Positions 1 through 13,355 of a DNA stretch of 64,000 nucleotides are shown here, one piece after another. The position numbers and the translations under genes are program-made. Source of the stretch: Candidatus Eiseniibacteriota bacterium (GTDB taxonomy: Bacteria > Eisenbacteria > RBG-16-71-46); contig CAVZLN010000004.1 of NCBI GenBank assembly GCA_963776245.1, positions 32,001 through 96,000 of the forward strand, read 5' to 3'. Positions within the stretch are counted from its first letter, which is position 1, and the number at the start of each line of letters is the position of its first letter. The notes beneath the pieces were generated by a model. It searched no databases and had not been told where the DNA came from. It worked only from the letters and a program-made list of their open reading frames with translations.

Positions 1-1548
<1,548 letters not shown>

Positions 1549-1564
1549 AAGGAGGCACGCTCCG

Positions 1565-2860
1565 ATGTCGGTCGGTCCGCTGCGCGATCCCTCCGCCAAG
1601 GCGGTGGCGGGCCGCGCGTCCTATCTCATCCTCCACAACACCTCGGAGGTCGTGACTCCCGATCCCACGGGACACGGCGTGCTGCGGTTCCCGAAGGGCG
1701 CGGTGGTGTTCCGCGACGGCCGCGTGCTCGAGGTGGGCGCGGCGACCGACCTGTTCCGCCGCCACGGGGAGGCTCGTCCGCTCAACGCCTATGGCCGGCT
1801 CGTGACCCCGGGGCTGATCGACTGCCACACCCACATGATCTTCGCCGGACACCGCGCGGTGGAGTTCCAGCGGCGCCTCGCCGGGGAGTCGTACGCGGCG
1901 ATCGCCGCGGCCGGCGGGGGGATCCGCGCGACCGTGAAGGCCACCGCGCAGGAGCGCGACGACACGCTCGAGAAGACGCTCGCCAACCGGCTGGAGCGGT
2001 GGCGCGCCAACGGCTGCACCACGGTCGAGGTGAAGAGCGGCTACGGGCTCAATCACGCGGCCGAGCTGCGCCTGCTCGAGCTCATGCGCGGCGCCGCGCA
2101 GCGGGTCCCCGCGCGGCTGCATCGCACCGCGCTGCTGCTCCACGCGCTGCCCGAGGAATGGCGCGGGCGCCGCGAGAACTATATCGAGGAGTGGTGCGCC
2201 CGGGTGCTGCCCGAGATCTGCCGTCGCGATCTCGCCACCGCGGTGGACGCGTTCTGCGACGAGGTGGCGTTCACGGTGGACGAGTGCCGCCGCCTGCTCA
2301 CGCGCGCCAAGGAACTGGGCCTGGCGGTCAAGCTCCACGCCGACCAGCTGTCGCGCACCGGCGGCGCGTTGCTGGCGGCCGAGCTCGGAGCGGTCTCGGC
2401 CGATCATCTGGAGAGCGCCACCGCCGAGGACTGGACGGCGCTCGCGGCCGCGGGGACGGTGGGCGTGCTGCTGCCGGCCGCCGCCCTGACGCTCGGCCAG
2501 CGCCTGCCCCACGCCACCCTGCTGCGTCCCACCGGCGCGCGGGTCGCGATCGCCACCGACTTCAACCCGGGCACCGCCCCGGCGCAGTCGCTGCTCGAGT
2601 GCGCCTCGCTGGCGGCGCGGCTGTGCGGCTTCACCGCCGAGGAGTCGCTGCTGGCCATCACCTGGAACGCGGCGCGCGCGCTCGGCGTCGAGGCCGAGGT
2701 CGGTCATCTCAATCCCGGCGCGTGGGGCGACGCCGTGACGTGGGAATGCGAGACCCTCGACGAGCTGACCTACTGGATGCCCGCGGTGCGGCCCGACACG
2801 GTGTTCATGCGCGGCGCCGACCTGGCGTTCCCGACGGTCGAGCGGCGGGTGTGGCCGTGA
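1565..2860 (+). CDS. hutI: Imidazolonepropionase
   Basis: PGLIDCHTH, EVKSGYGL, HADQL, ATDFNPG; SD AAGGAGG upstream; follows hutU. Confidence 0.93.
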   Translation: MSVGPLRDPSAKAVAGRASYLILHNTSEVVTPDPTGHGVLRFPKGAVVFRDGRVLEVGAATDLFRRHGEARPLNAYGRLVTPGLIDCHTHMIFAGHRAVEFQRRLAGESYAAIAAAGGGIRATVKATAQERDDTLEKTLANRLERWRANGCTTVEVKSGYGLNHAAELRLLELMRGAAQRVPARLHRTALLLHALPEEWRGRRENYIEEWCARVLPEICRRDLATAVDAFCDEVAFTVDECRRLLTRAKELGLAVKLHADQLSRTGGALLAAELGAVSADHLESATAEDWTALAAAGTVGVLLPAAALTLGQRLPHATLLRPTGARVAIATDFNPGTAPAQSLLECASLAARLCGFTAEESLLAITWNAARALGVEAEVGHLNPGAWGDAVTWECETLDELTYWMPAVRPDTVFMRGADLAFPTVERRVWP

Positions 2861-2995
2861 ACGGCGCGCGGGCGCGCTCCTTCGCCCTGCCGCGGGCGCG
2901 TCCTCCGGCCGGCCGGTCGTCGCCCGGCCCGCGGGTGTTCACCGATCCGATGTCGTGGGCCATCCGGCCCTGATCCCGAGGAGACCCTGCCCATC

Positions 2996-4528
2996 ATGGC
3001 CCAGCTCGTCGAATGCGTCCCCAACTTCTCCGAAGGCCGCCGCCGCGAGGTGGTGGAAGCGCTGATCGAGACCATCGCCGCGGTCCCGGGCGCGATGGTG
3101 CTCGACTCCGAGATGGATCCCGACCACAATCGCTGCGTGCTGACGTTCGCCGGCGAGCCCGCGCCGGTGATGGAGGCCGCGGTGCGCGTGGTGAAGCGCG
3201 CCGCCGAGCTCATCGATCTCAACCAGCACACCGGCCAGCACCCGCGCATGGGCGCGACCGACGTGGTGCCGTTCGTCCCGGTGGAGAACGTCACGCTCGA
3301 GGATTGCGCCGAGATGGCGCGCGTGGTGGGGCGGCGCATCGGCGAGGAGGCCGGGGTGCCGGTGTTCCTCTACGAGGCCGCGGCCTCGCGGCCCGACCGG
3401 GTGAGCCTCGCCGACGTGCGGCGCGGCGAGTTCGAGGGCCTGCGCGAGCTCATCGGCACCGACCCCAGGCGCGCCCCGGACTTCGGCCCCGCGCACATCC
3501 ACCCCACCGCCGGGGCCACCGCGGTGGGCGCGCGGCGCTTCCTGGTGGCGTTCAACGCCAACCTGAACACCGGTGACGTGCGCGTGGCCAAGGCGGTCGC
3601 GAACGCCATCCGCGAACAGAGCGGGGGGCTCAAGCACGTGCGCGCGCTCGGGTTCTCGATCGAGGGCGGCCGGCGCGCACAGGTCAGCATGAACCTGGTG
3701 AACACCGAGGCCACGCCCATCCACCGCGTGCTGGCGCTGGTGCGGGACGAGGCGGCGCGCCGCGGCGCCGCGATCTCGGGCTGCGAGATGGTCGGCCTGG
3801 TGCCCGAGTACGCGCTGCTCGACGCGGCCGAGCACGCGCTCCAGCTCGAGGGCTTCCGTCGCGACCAGGTGCTCGAGCTGCGCCTGCGCACCCCTCCGCT
3901 CTCGGGCGCGGTCTCGCTCGGCGGGTTCTTCGAGCAGGTCGCCGGTCCCACCCCGACGCCGGGCGGAGGCACGGTGTCCGCGGTGGTGGGGGCGCTCGGC
4001 GCGGCGCTGGCGAACATGGTCGCGAATCTCACCCTCGGCAAGAAGAAGTACGCGGGGGTCGAGGAGGAGATGCGCGCGATCAAGCGCGAGGCCGGCGAGG
4101 CGCAGCGCGCGCTGATGGGACTGGCCCGGCGCGACAGCGAAGCCTTCGACGCGGTGCTCGCGGCCCGCCGGCTGCCCCAGGGCACCGAGCCCGAGCAGGC
4201 CGGGCGGGCCACCGCGGTGGCGGCGGCCGAGCTCGAGGCCGCCCGGGTCCCGCTGCTCACCGCCGAGGCCTGCCTGGGGGTGATCCGGCTGGCCGAACGG
4301 GCGGCGCGGCAGGGGAATGTGAACGCGGCCAGCGACGCCGGGGTATCCGGTCTGGTGGCGGCGGCGGCGGCGGAAGGGGCGCTCCTGAACGTGGAAATCA
4401 ACCTGAAGTCACTGCCCCCCTCGGCCGATAAGACCGACGTGGAGATGCGCCTGCAAGGACTGCGCGCGGGGGTGGGCGAATCCAGCCGCCGCTGTCGCGA
4501 GGCCGTGCACGGAGCTTTGAGCGCCTGA
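2996..4528 (+). CDS. ftcD: Bifunctional glutamate formiminotransferase / formiminotetrahydrofolate cyclodeaminase
   Basis: N-terminal LVECVPNFSEGR, DHNR, HPRMGATDVVPF; C-terminal PTPGGG and GNVNAASDA. Confidence 0.93.
   Translation: MAQLVECVPNFSEGRRREVVEALIETIAAVPGAMVLDSEMDPDHNRCVLTFAGEPAPVMEAAVRVVKRAAELIDLNQHTGQHPRMGATDVVPFVPVENVTLEDCAEMARVVGRRIGEEAGVPVFLYEAAASRPDRVSLADVRRGEFEGLRELIGTDPRRAPDFGPAHIHPTAGATAVGARRFLVAFNANLNTGDVRVAKAVANAIREQSGGLKHVRALGFSIEGGRRAQVSMNLVNTEATPIHRVLALVRDEAARRGAAISGCEMVGLVPEYALLDAAEHALQLEGFRRDQVLELRLRTPPLSGAVSLGGFFEQVAGPTPTPGGGTVSAVVGALGAALANMVANLTLGKKKYAGVEEEMRAIKREAGEAQRALMGLARRDSEAFDAVLAARRLPQGTEPEQAGRATAVAAAELEAARVPLLTAEACLGVIRLAERAARQGNVNAASDAGVSGLVAAAAAEGALLNVEINLKSLPPSADKTDVEMRLQGLRAGVGESSRRCREAVHGALSA
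4403..4431 (+). promoter_or_regulatory. Sigma28-like promoter inside the 3' end of ftcD, upstream of the TPR gene
   Basis: CTGAAG-N15-GCCGATAA, a perfect sigma28 -10 box. Confidence 0.55.
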
Positions 4529-4588
4529 CAAGGACGACAGAGCCGGGGTCGACGCGTCGCCCGGCGCGCCTCGCGGAGAACAGCCAAC

Positions 4589-6685
4589 TTGGAAAAGGCG
4601 ATCGAGATCAAGCGACGGGCCCAGCGGTGCGTCCAGAACGGGGATCTGGACGGAGCGCTGGCCGAGTACGAGAAGCTCGTCGCGGTCGTGGACTCCGACC
4701 CCTACAACTTCGTGCTGCTCGCCGATCTGCTCTACAAGAAGGGCGAGACCGGCCAGGCGTCGCAGCGCTATCTCGCCGCCGCGACCGCTTACGAGACCCA
4801 CGGCCTGTTCAAGAACGCGATCGCGGTCTGCAAGAAGATGATGCGGCTGTCGCTGGCGCCGCTCGAGGTGCTCGAGCGGCTGGCGAACCTCCACACCCTC
4901 GACGGCCTCGCCACCGAGTCCGCGTTGTACTCGGTGCAGTACGCCGACCTGCTGCTGTCGCAGAACGAGGTCGAGCGCGCGATCGTCGCGCTCGAGAAGG
5001 CGTACGCCGTCGCTCCCGACAATCTCAAGTCGCTCGAGAAGCTCGGCGAGGCCCGTCTGCTGCTGGGTGAGCCGGAGCAGGCCGCGCGCACCCTCCACGA
5101 GGCGAGCCGCCAGTACGAACGCGTGGGTCAGCTGAAGGACGCCGCGCGCTGCCGTCGCCGCGCCGAGCAGCTGATGCCGGGGCACGCGGGCGCCCTCGAC
5201 GACCCGCCTGCGGCGGCGCCCGGGTCCGCGGCTGAGACCGACGCGCCGCCGGAGCTCGAGTCGTCGTCGGATCTCGAGTCGTCGGACCTCGGGCCCGGCC
5301 CGCCGCTCGAGCTGGACGACCACATGCACCTCGGCGCGCGGGACAGCGGGGAACCGCTCGGGCCCCCGGCGCTGCACGGCTACCGGGAGGATCTCGCGGC
5401 CGCACAGCCCGCGGCCGCCGTCGCCACCGAGGCGGTGCCTGCGCCGGCGGCCGAGCCCGTGCCGACGGCGTCCGCTCCCGTGAGCCCGCCGCGGCTTTCG
5501 ATCGCGCTGTCCCCGGAGGGCGCCCCGGCTCACGAGTCCTCGTCCCCTGCGACGGAGGAGGGACCTTCCGGGAACGGTGCCGGCGAGGCGGAGCCCGCGA
5601 AGGGCGAGACCCCCGAGTCCCCGGGCCTGAGCTTCGAGGCCGCCACGCGCGCCCCCGCCCCGAAGCCGGGGAAGGAGCCGGCCAGCCTGGCGCATGTCGA
5701 GCGCCTGCTCGCCGAAGCGCAGGAGTCGTTCCGCACCGGGGAACGCGAGGCGGCCAGCCGCGCGCTCGCGGGCGCGGCGCTCGCGTACGAAGCGATCGGA
5801 CGGCTCGACAGCGCGGCCACCATCTACCGCAGTCTCGGCAAGAGCGCGCACGCGACGCACGACGTGCTCATGCAGTGGTTCGCCAACTGCGAGCGCCGGG
5901 GCGATCACGCCGAGGCGGCGCAGGTGGCGTGTGAGCTGGGCGACCGCGCGCTGAACGAGGGCGACAGCGACGACGCGCTCGGCTGGTTCCAGCGCGCCCA
6001 GAGCCTGGATGCGCAGAACGAGCTCGCGCGTCGCCGGCTGCAGCGGCTGGCGCCGGCGCCCGCTCCCGGGGCGGTGGCCACCCTCACCGAAGCCGCCCCC
6101 GAAGCCCAGCCCGCGCCCGCCGAGGCGGCGGGGACCGCGGGCGCCGCGGCGCCGTCGGTGGCCGCAACGGGCGCGGGACCGAAGCCGGCCACGGGTATGC
6201 CCGAGCCGGGCCGGGTCGAGGTCGCGGTCGGCCGCGGCGAGGCGGTGACGTTCGACCTCGGCGCGCTCATCGGCGAGTTCCAGCGTGGGGTCGAGGCTCA
6301 GCTTTCCGGCGACGCCCAGAGCCACTACGATCTGGGCATGGCGTACCGCGAGATGGGCCTGCTCGAGCAGGCGCTGGATTCCTTCCGGGTCGCCGGGCAG
6401 GACCCGGTGTTCCGCGAGCGGGTGATCGAGATGGTCGGCCGGTGCCTGCTCGACCAGGGTTGCTTCGACGACGCGACGCAGGCGTTCGAAGAGGCGCTCG
6501 CCGACGCGTCGCGGGACCCCGCTCATCAGGTGAGCGTGCGCTTCCTGCTCGGCCTCGCCCACGAAGCGGCCGGCCGCAGCGCGGAAGCGCTCGGGGAATT
6601 CGAGCGCGTGTACGCCGCGCAGCCGTCGTTCCCGGACGTGGCGCAGAAGATCCGCGTGCTCCGGAAGACGATGGAGAACCTCTGA
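4589..6685 (+). CDS. Large TPR protein with Pro/Ala/Glu-rich linkers and a C-terminal TPR module (SgmX/FimV-C-like)
   Basis: TTG start after GGAG; three TPR blocks; C-terminal DAQSHYDLGMAYREMGL. Confidence 0.8.
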   Translation: MEKAIEIKRRAQRCVQNGDLDGALAEYEKLVAVVDSDPYNFVLLADLLYKKGETGQASQRYLAAATAYETHGLFKNAIAVCKKMMRLSLAPLEVLERLANLHTLDGLATESALYSVQYADLLLSQNEVERAIVALEKAYAVAPDNLKSLEKLGEARLLLGEPEQAARTLHEASRQYERVGQLKDAARCRRRAEQLMPGHAGALDDPPAAAPGSAAETDAPPELESSSDLESSDLGPGPPLELDDHMHLGARDSGEPLGPPALHGYREDLAAAQPAAAVATEAVPAPAAEPVPTASAPVSPPRLSIALSPEGAPAHESSSPATEEGPSGNGAGEAEPAKGETPESPGLSFEAATRAPAPKPGKEPASLAHVERLLAEAQESFRTGEREAASRALAGAALAYEAIGRLDSAATIYRSLGKSAHATHDVLMQWFANCERRGDHAEAAQVACELGDRALNEGDSDDALGWFQRAQSLDAQNELARRRLQRLAPAPAPGAVATLTEAAPEAQPAPAEAAGTAGAAAPSVAATGAGPKPATGMPEPGRVEVAVGRGEAVTFDLGALIGEFQRGVEAQLSGDAQSHYDLGMAYREMGLLEQALDSFRVAGQDPVFRERVIEMVGRCLLDQGCFDDATQAFEEALADASRDPAHQVSVRFLLGLAHEAAGRSAEALGEFERVYAAQPSFPDVAQKIRVLRKTMENL

Positions 6686-7530
6686 TGCCCCGGCCGCCCG
6701 CGCGAGAGGGCGGTCGGCGCCTCGATCTCCACACCCACACCATCTTCAGCGACGGCCTGCTCACTCCCGAGGAGCTGGTGGAGCGCGCGGGCGTGCGCGG
6801 TCTCGCCGCCGTGGCGATCACCGATCACGACTCGGTGGACGGCATCGCCCGGGCGCGCGCCGCGGCGGGGCCGGCGCTCGAGGTGGTGCCGGGCATCGAG
6901 ATCTCGACGCTCGGCGAGGGGCTCGAGCTCCACATCCTCGGCTTCTACCTCGACGGGGACGACCCGGGTCTGGGCGAGCGCCTCTCGCGCTTCCGCGAGG
7001 AGCGGGTGAAGCGTGCCGAGGCGATGGCCGAGCGACTCGGCACCCTGGGTGTGCCGGTGGACGTCGCCGACGTGCTCGAGCGCGCCACGCCCGGGGTCGT
7101 GGGACGTCCCCACCTGGCCGACGCCATGATGCGCGCGGGCCATGTCGGCACCATCGACGAGGCCTTCCGGCGCTATCTCGGCGCCCGCGGCGAAGCGTTC
7201 GTGCCGCGGCCGGCCTTCCGGCCGGAGGAGGCCATCGCCCTGATCCACGCTGCCGGAGGCGTGAGCGTGCTGGCCCACCCGGGCATGAGCGTGAGCGACT
7301 CCCTGGTCGAGCGGCTCGCGGGGCACGGCCTGCGCGGCATCGAGGTGTGGCACCCGCAGCACGGCCCGGCGCTCCAGCGCCGCTACCGCGCGCTGGCGCA
7401 GCGCCTCGGGCTGCTCGCGACCGGAGGGACGGACTTCCATGCCCCCGGGCGTGGGCTCGACCTCGGCGACCTGCCGGTGCCGGCGAACGTGCTCGCCTCC
7501 CTCAAGCAGGCGGCCGGCGTCGCCGGCTGA
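6685..7530 (+). CDS. PHP-domain metal-dependent phosphoesterase (TrpH/YciV-like)
   Basis: DLHTHTIFSDG, AITDHD, GIEIS, LAHPG, TGGTDFH; ATG overlaps the upstream TGA. Confidence 0.9.
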   Translation: MPRPPAREGGRRLDLHTHTIFSDGLLTPEELVERAGVRGLAAVAITDHDSVDGIARARAAAGPALEVVPGIEISTLGEGLELHILGFYLDGDDPGLGERLSRFREERVKRAEAMAERLGTLGVPVDVADVLERATPGVVGRPHLADAMMRAGHVGTIDEAFRRYLGARGEAFVPRPAFRPEEAIALIHAAGGVSVLAHPGMSVSDSLVERLAGHGLRGIEVWHPQHGPALQRRYRALAQRLGLLATGGTDFHAPGRGLDLGDLPVPANVLASLKQAAGVAG

Positions 7531-7548
7531 TCGCACCCGGCCCGCGCG

Positions 7549-7578
7549 TTGACTCCCGCCGCGCGGCGCGACTAACCT
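7549..7578 (+). promoter_or_regulatory. Sigma70-type promoter candidate for the ECF S-component gene
   Basis: TTGACT-N18-TAACCT in the intergenic gap. Confidence 0.5.
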
Positions 7579-7620
7579 GCGGCACGCCCCGGACGTCCGC
7601 CCCCAGGGAGACCACGCGCC

Positions 7621-8160
7621 ATCGCACCCGAACGCCTGTCCACACGCCGCCTCTCGTACGCGGCCCTCATGGTGGCGGCGGGGCTCACCGGGGTGTACGC
7701 CGAGACCGTCCCGAACTTCGAAGTGCTCACCCTCGTGGTGTTCCTGTCGGGCGTGCTGCTCGGGGTGCGCGGCGGGATGACGGTGGGCCTGCTCACCATG
7801 CTGGTGTACTCGCTGCTGAACCCGTACGGCGCGGTCCACCCGCTGGTGACCGCCGCCCAGGTGACCGGCGAGATGCTCGCCGGCGCGGCCGGCGGTGGTG
7901 GCGGGCGCGCCGGGCTCGAGCGTCTCGGCGGCGCCGGACGTGCGGCCGTGCTGGCCGTGCTGGCGATCGTGCTCACCGCCGCCTTCGACCTGGTCACGAA
8001 CCTCGCGACCGGGGTGGTGTTCGGTCAGATGAAGGTCACTCTGCTCGGAGGGATCCCGTTCGCCTTATGGCACATCGGGTGGAACGTCGTGCTGTTCGTG
8101 GCGCTGGGCACTCCGCTGGTGCGGGTGTTCGCGCACTATCGCGAGCGGCTGTCGTCCTGA
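7621..8160 (+). CDS. ECF transporter S-component-like membrane protein (CbrT-like, substrate uncertain); first ATG at 7669
   Basis: Hydrophobic ~170 aa; VPNFEVLTLVVFLSG and GIPFALWHIGWN resemble CbrT-type S components. Confidence 0.65.
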   Translation: MAPERLSTRRLSYAALMVAAGLTGVYAETVPNFEVLTLVVFLSGVLLGVRGGMTVGLLTMLVYSLLNPYGAVHPLVTAAQVTGEMLAGAAGGGGGRAGLERLGGAGRAAVLAVLAIVLTAAFDLVTNLATGVVFGQMKVTLLGGIPFALWHIGWNVVLFVALGTPLVRVFAHYRERLSS

Positions 8161-9848
8161 CGCTGGCGTTGGCGGCGCCGCGTGCGGGCGCCGGGAGCTC
8201 GCCGGACGCCGGGGACGCCACGCTGCGCTCCGCCGCGCTTCCCGGCCTCGAGGCGTGGTGGGCCGAGCCCGGCCGGGCCGGCTCCATGCCGGCGGCGTGG
8301 CTTTCGCCCGCCTTCCCGCGGGTGTACGCGGGACACGTGCTGGGCGGGATCGGACTCGCGGACGATGGCCGCGCGGCACCCCCGAGTCCGTGGCCGGGAT
8401 CGGCCGCGGACACGCGGCCGCTCGCGTGGTCGGACAGCGTGCGCGCCGAGCTGGCCCCGGCGGGCGGTCCGGGCGGGACGCTGGCGCGCGCGGAGGCGGG
8501 CCGCGAGGTGCCGGGGATCCGCAGCGCCTGGGCGATGTTCGGGTACACCACCGGGGACAACAACGTGGAGGAGACCTCCCTGCTCGCCGAGCGCGGCGAC
8601 GCCCAGCGCGGGCTGCGCTACGAGGTGCTCTCCGCCTCGCGCGGCGCGGCGGGATCGCTCGGCCCCGCGGGCCGGCACTTCTGGGGGGTCTCGGGCCGGA
8701 CGGTGCGCGGCCGCCACCGCTTCGAGGCGGCGTATGCCCAGCGCGGCACCCACGACGCGCTGGCGTCATTCGGCGCGTCCGAGTCGGCCCGCGGGGAGTC
8801 CGGCCGGCTGGGGTGGCGTTGGAGCGACGGGTCGCGGGACGCGTCGCTGGTGCTGGCGCGCGCGTACGAAGGGCGCGAGAGCTACGGCGACTGGCTCGCG
8901 TACTCGCGCCGCGACGCGTCCGAGGACCGCGCCACGCTCACGGCCGGGGGCCGCGCGGGCATCCACACCCTGGGCGCGGAGGTCCGCTGGAGCAGCGCGC
9001 GCGTGCGGCGCGCGTGGACCGAAGTGGCGGACTGGCGCACCGAGTCGGTGTGGGGAGTGGCGCGCGCCGCCCGGCCGCTCGGCGAGGGCACGCTCGAGGC
9101 CGCGCTCGCCGGGGGCCGGCACGACGCGGTGGGGGGATGGAGGGTGGCGCCCTCGCTCGCGTACCGTTTCGCGGCGGTGGGCGTGAAGGGCACGGCGAGC
9201 CTCGCGCGCATCGTGACCCCGGCGTGGTCGGACCTGGCGCCCGGGGAGCGCGCCTTCCTCCAGCGCACGTGGGCCGGCGGTTTCGATCTCGCGGCGGGGG
9301 AGGGCCGCGCGCGGGCGCGCCTCGCGTTCCTCGGCGGCACCACCCACGATCGCGCCCTCGTCGGGCGCGCGCCGCTGGCCGAACTGTGGCTGCGCCAGGG
9401 GCTGCGCCGGGAGCGCGGGCGCGCGCCGTTCGCCCTCACCCTCGCGAGCGTGGGCTGGGACGCGCGCGGCTTCGAGACCGGTGCCGAGGGATTCGTGCTC
9501 GCGCAGCGCGATGGCGCGCGGACCGCCGATCCCGACCACGGCTTCCGCGCTCACGCGGGCGTGCGCCTCGGGTTCTTCGGCGGCGATCTGCACCTGACCG
9601 CCCGCGGCGAGGTCGAGGGCAGCGGACCTCGGGCCGTGGACGGGGCACCCGAGCTGCGCGTGCCGGGCTTCGCGAGCGCGGGAGCCGCGCTCACACTGAG
9701 GCTCGCGGACGCCACGGTCACGCTGCGCGCGCGCAATCTCGAGGATCGGCGGCGCGAGGAACCCTGGATCGATCCCGCGACCGGCGCGCTGGCCTTCGGG
9801 ACCGGGCGCGAACTGCGTTTCGCGCTCGGCTGGGCCATCGCGGACTGA
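8067..9848 (+). CDS. Putative outer-membrane beta-barrel / TonB-receptor-like protein (start uncertain, 8067-8169)
   Basis: Signal-peptide-like RALSRAAVVLTLALAA; alternating beta-strand pattern; C-terminal ARNLED...LRFALGWAIAD. Confidence 0.55.
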   Translation: MAHRVERRAVRGAGHSAGAGVRALSRAAVVLTLALAAPRAGAGSSPDAGDATLRSAALPGLEAWWAEPGRAGSMPAAWLSPAFPRVYAGHVLGGIGLADDGRAAPPSPWPGSAADTRPLAWSDSVRAELAPAGGPGGTLARAEAGREVPGIRSAWAMFGYTTGDNNVEETSLLAERGDAQRGLRYEVLSASRGAAGSLGPAGRHFWGVSGRTVRGRHRFEAAYAQRGTHDALASFGASESARGESGRLGWRWSDGSRDASLVLARAYEGRESYGDWLAYSRRDASEDRATLTAGGRAGIHTLGAEVRWSSARVRRAWTEVADWRTESVWGVARAARPLGEGTLEAALAGGRHDAVGGWRVAPSLAYRFAAVGVKGTASLARIVTPAWSDLAPGERAFLQRTWAGGFDLAAGEGRARARLAFLGGTTHDRALVGRAPLAELWLRQGLRRERGRAPFALTLASVGWDARGFETGAEGFVLAQRDGARTADPDHGFRAHAGVRLGFFGGDLHLTARGEVEGSGPRAVDGAPELRVPGFASAGAALTLRLADATVTLRARNLEDRRREEPWIDPATGALAFGTGRELRFALGWAIAD

Positions 9849-9880
9849 CGCCCCCGGCCACCGCCCCCGCGGGGCCACTC

Positions 9881-10276
9881 GTGATCGATCTCACCCCGGC
9901 CGAGCGCCGGGGCGCGCTGGTGTTCGTCCTGGTGCTCGCGCTCGGCGCGGGCTGGGACCTGTGGCGGGCGCGTCATCCCGAGCTGCGCGCGCTGCCGATC
10001 GCTCCACCGCCCGCGCCGCAGGCGGCGTCGCCCGCGCCGCTCACGGCGGGCCCCGCGCCGGCCACCGCCGCGCTCGATCTCAATCGCGCGAACGTCGCGG
10101 AGCTGGACGCCCTGCCGGGGCTGGGACCGGTGCTGGCGCGGCGGATCGTCGAGCACCGCGCGGCGCACGGCCCGTTCGCGCGCCCGGAGGACCTGCTGGC
10201 GGTGCGCGGCATCGGGCCCCGGCTGTTCGAGCGGCTGCGCGGCCGCGTGTTCGCGGGCCCTCCAACGCCCCCCTGA
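9881..10276 (+). CDS. comEA: ComEA-family HhH DNA-binding protein with N-terminal TM segment
   Basis: LDLNRA..ELDALPGLGPVLARRIVEHR..GPF...EDLLAVRGIG. Confidence 0.88.
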   Translation: MIDLTPAERRGALVFVLVLALGAGWDLWRARHPELRALPIAPPPAPQAASPAPLTAGPAPATAALDLNRANVAELDALPGLGPVLARRIVEHRAAHGPFARPEDLLAVRGIGPRLFERLRGRVFAGPPTPP

Positions 10277-10335
10277 GGGCCGGTCCCCGCCTGCAAGCTG
10301 CACGGGCGGGCGGCACGCGACCGTGCAGATTCCGC

Positions 10336-10364
10336 TTCAGGGAACGCCCCCTCCCTGCCGATGA
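10336..10364 (+). promoter_or_regulatory. Sigma28-like promoter upstream of pilB
   Basis: TTCAGG-N15-GCCGATGA. Confidence 0.5.
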
Positions 10365-10422
10365 CGTGCGTGGGTCCAGCCTCTCACGCCCCCACCCGTG
10401 CCCGCGGACAAGGCGTTCCGCA

Positions 10423-10438
10423 CGGCATGTTTCGTGCG
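10423..10438 (+). promoter_or_regulatory. Sigma54 -24/-12 candidate upstream of pilB
   Basis: CGGCAT-GTTTC-GTGCG (GG-N10-GC). Confidence 0.5.
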
Positions 10439-10523
10439 TGAAGGGCCGCGGCTCATCGCGTGCGCACGCCCGGGCCCCGCCTCGCGCGGGGTCCTACGCC
10501 AGGTCATCCACCGACGGGACGAC

Positions 10524-12219
<1,696 letters not shown>

Positions 12220-12266
12220 GCCCGACCACCGGGCGGCGACCGCCGCCCACACCGGAGGACGCGCAC

Positions 12267-13344
12267 GTGGTGACGCTGACGACAGCTGCTCGAGGACATG
12301 GTGCAGAGGAAGGCGTCCGATCTGCACATCACGGCCGGCGTGCCGCCGGAGTTCCGCATCGACGGGTCGATCACGCCGAGCGAGTACGACGTGCTGACGC
12401 CCGAGATGACCACGCAGCTCGCCTACAGCGTGCTGTCCGACGAGCAGCGCAAGCGCTTCGAGACCACCAAGGAGCTGGACTTCTCGTTCGGCGTGAAGGG
12501 CCTGTCGCGCTTCCGCGCCAACGTCTTCCTGCAGCGCGGCGTGATCTCGATGGCGATCCGCCAGATCCCGTACGAGATCCTGCCGATGGAGAAGCTCGGC
12601 CTGCCGCCGGTGGTGCGCGAGTTCACCAACCGCCAGAAGGGCCTGGTGCTGGTCACCGGGCCGACCGGCAGCGGCAAGTCGACCACGCTCGCGGCGATGA
12701 TCGACCACATCAACGCGAACCGCCAGTGCCACATCATGACGATCGAGGACCCGATCGAGTACATCCACCACCACAAGAAGTGCATCGTCAACCAGCGCGA
12801 GGTCGGCGCCGACACGGCGTCGTTCCCGGCCGCGCTCAAGTACGTGCTGCGCCAGGACCCCGACGTGATCCTGATCGGCGAGATGCGCGACCTCGAGACC
12901 ATCGAGGCCGCGCTCACCATCGCCGAGACGGGCCACCTGGTGTTCGCGACCCTGCACACCAACTCGACGTACGAGGCGGTCAACCGCATCGTCGACGTCT
13001 TCCCGGCCGACCAGCAGCAGCAGATCCACACGCAGCTGGCGTTCGTGCTCGAAGGCGTGGTCACGCAGCAGCTCATCCCGCGCAGCCGTGGCACCGGCCG
13101 CGTGATGTGCGCGGAGGTGCTGGTCTGCACGCCGGCGATCAAGGCGGTCATCCGCGAGGACAAGATCCACCAGATCTACAGCCTCATGCAGGCCGGGCAG
13201 AAGTTCGGCATGCAGACGATGAACCAGGCGCTCATGCAGGCGGTGCTGGACAAGCAGCTCTCGCTCGAGGATGCGCTCGAACGGTCGCCCGACCGCGCCG
13301 AGCTCGAAGGCATGCTCGGCAAGGTCCTCCGGACCGCCGCGTAG
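12267..13344 (+). CDS. pilT: Pilus retraction ATPase PilT (1-nt insertion just after the GTG start)
   Basis: ASDLHI, GPTGSGKST, TIEDPIE, LRQDPD, TLHT, GMQTMNQ; SD GGAGG before GTG 12267. Confidence 0.95.
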
Positions 13345-13355
13345 GAGATCACATC

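Noticed and set aside
10311..10327. Second sigma54 site upstream of pilB (CGGCAC...GTGCA)
   Set aside because: The GG-to-GC spacing is 11 nt rather than the required 10
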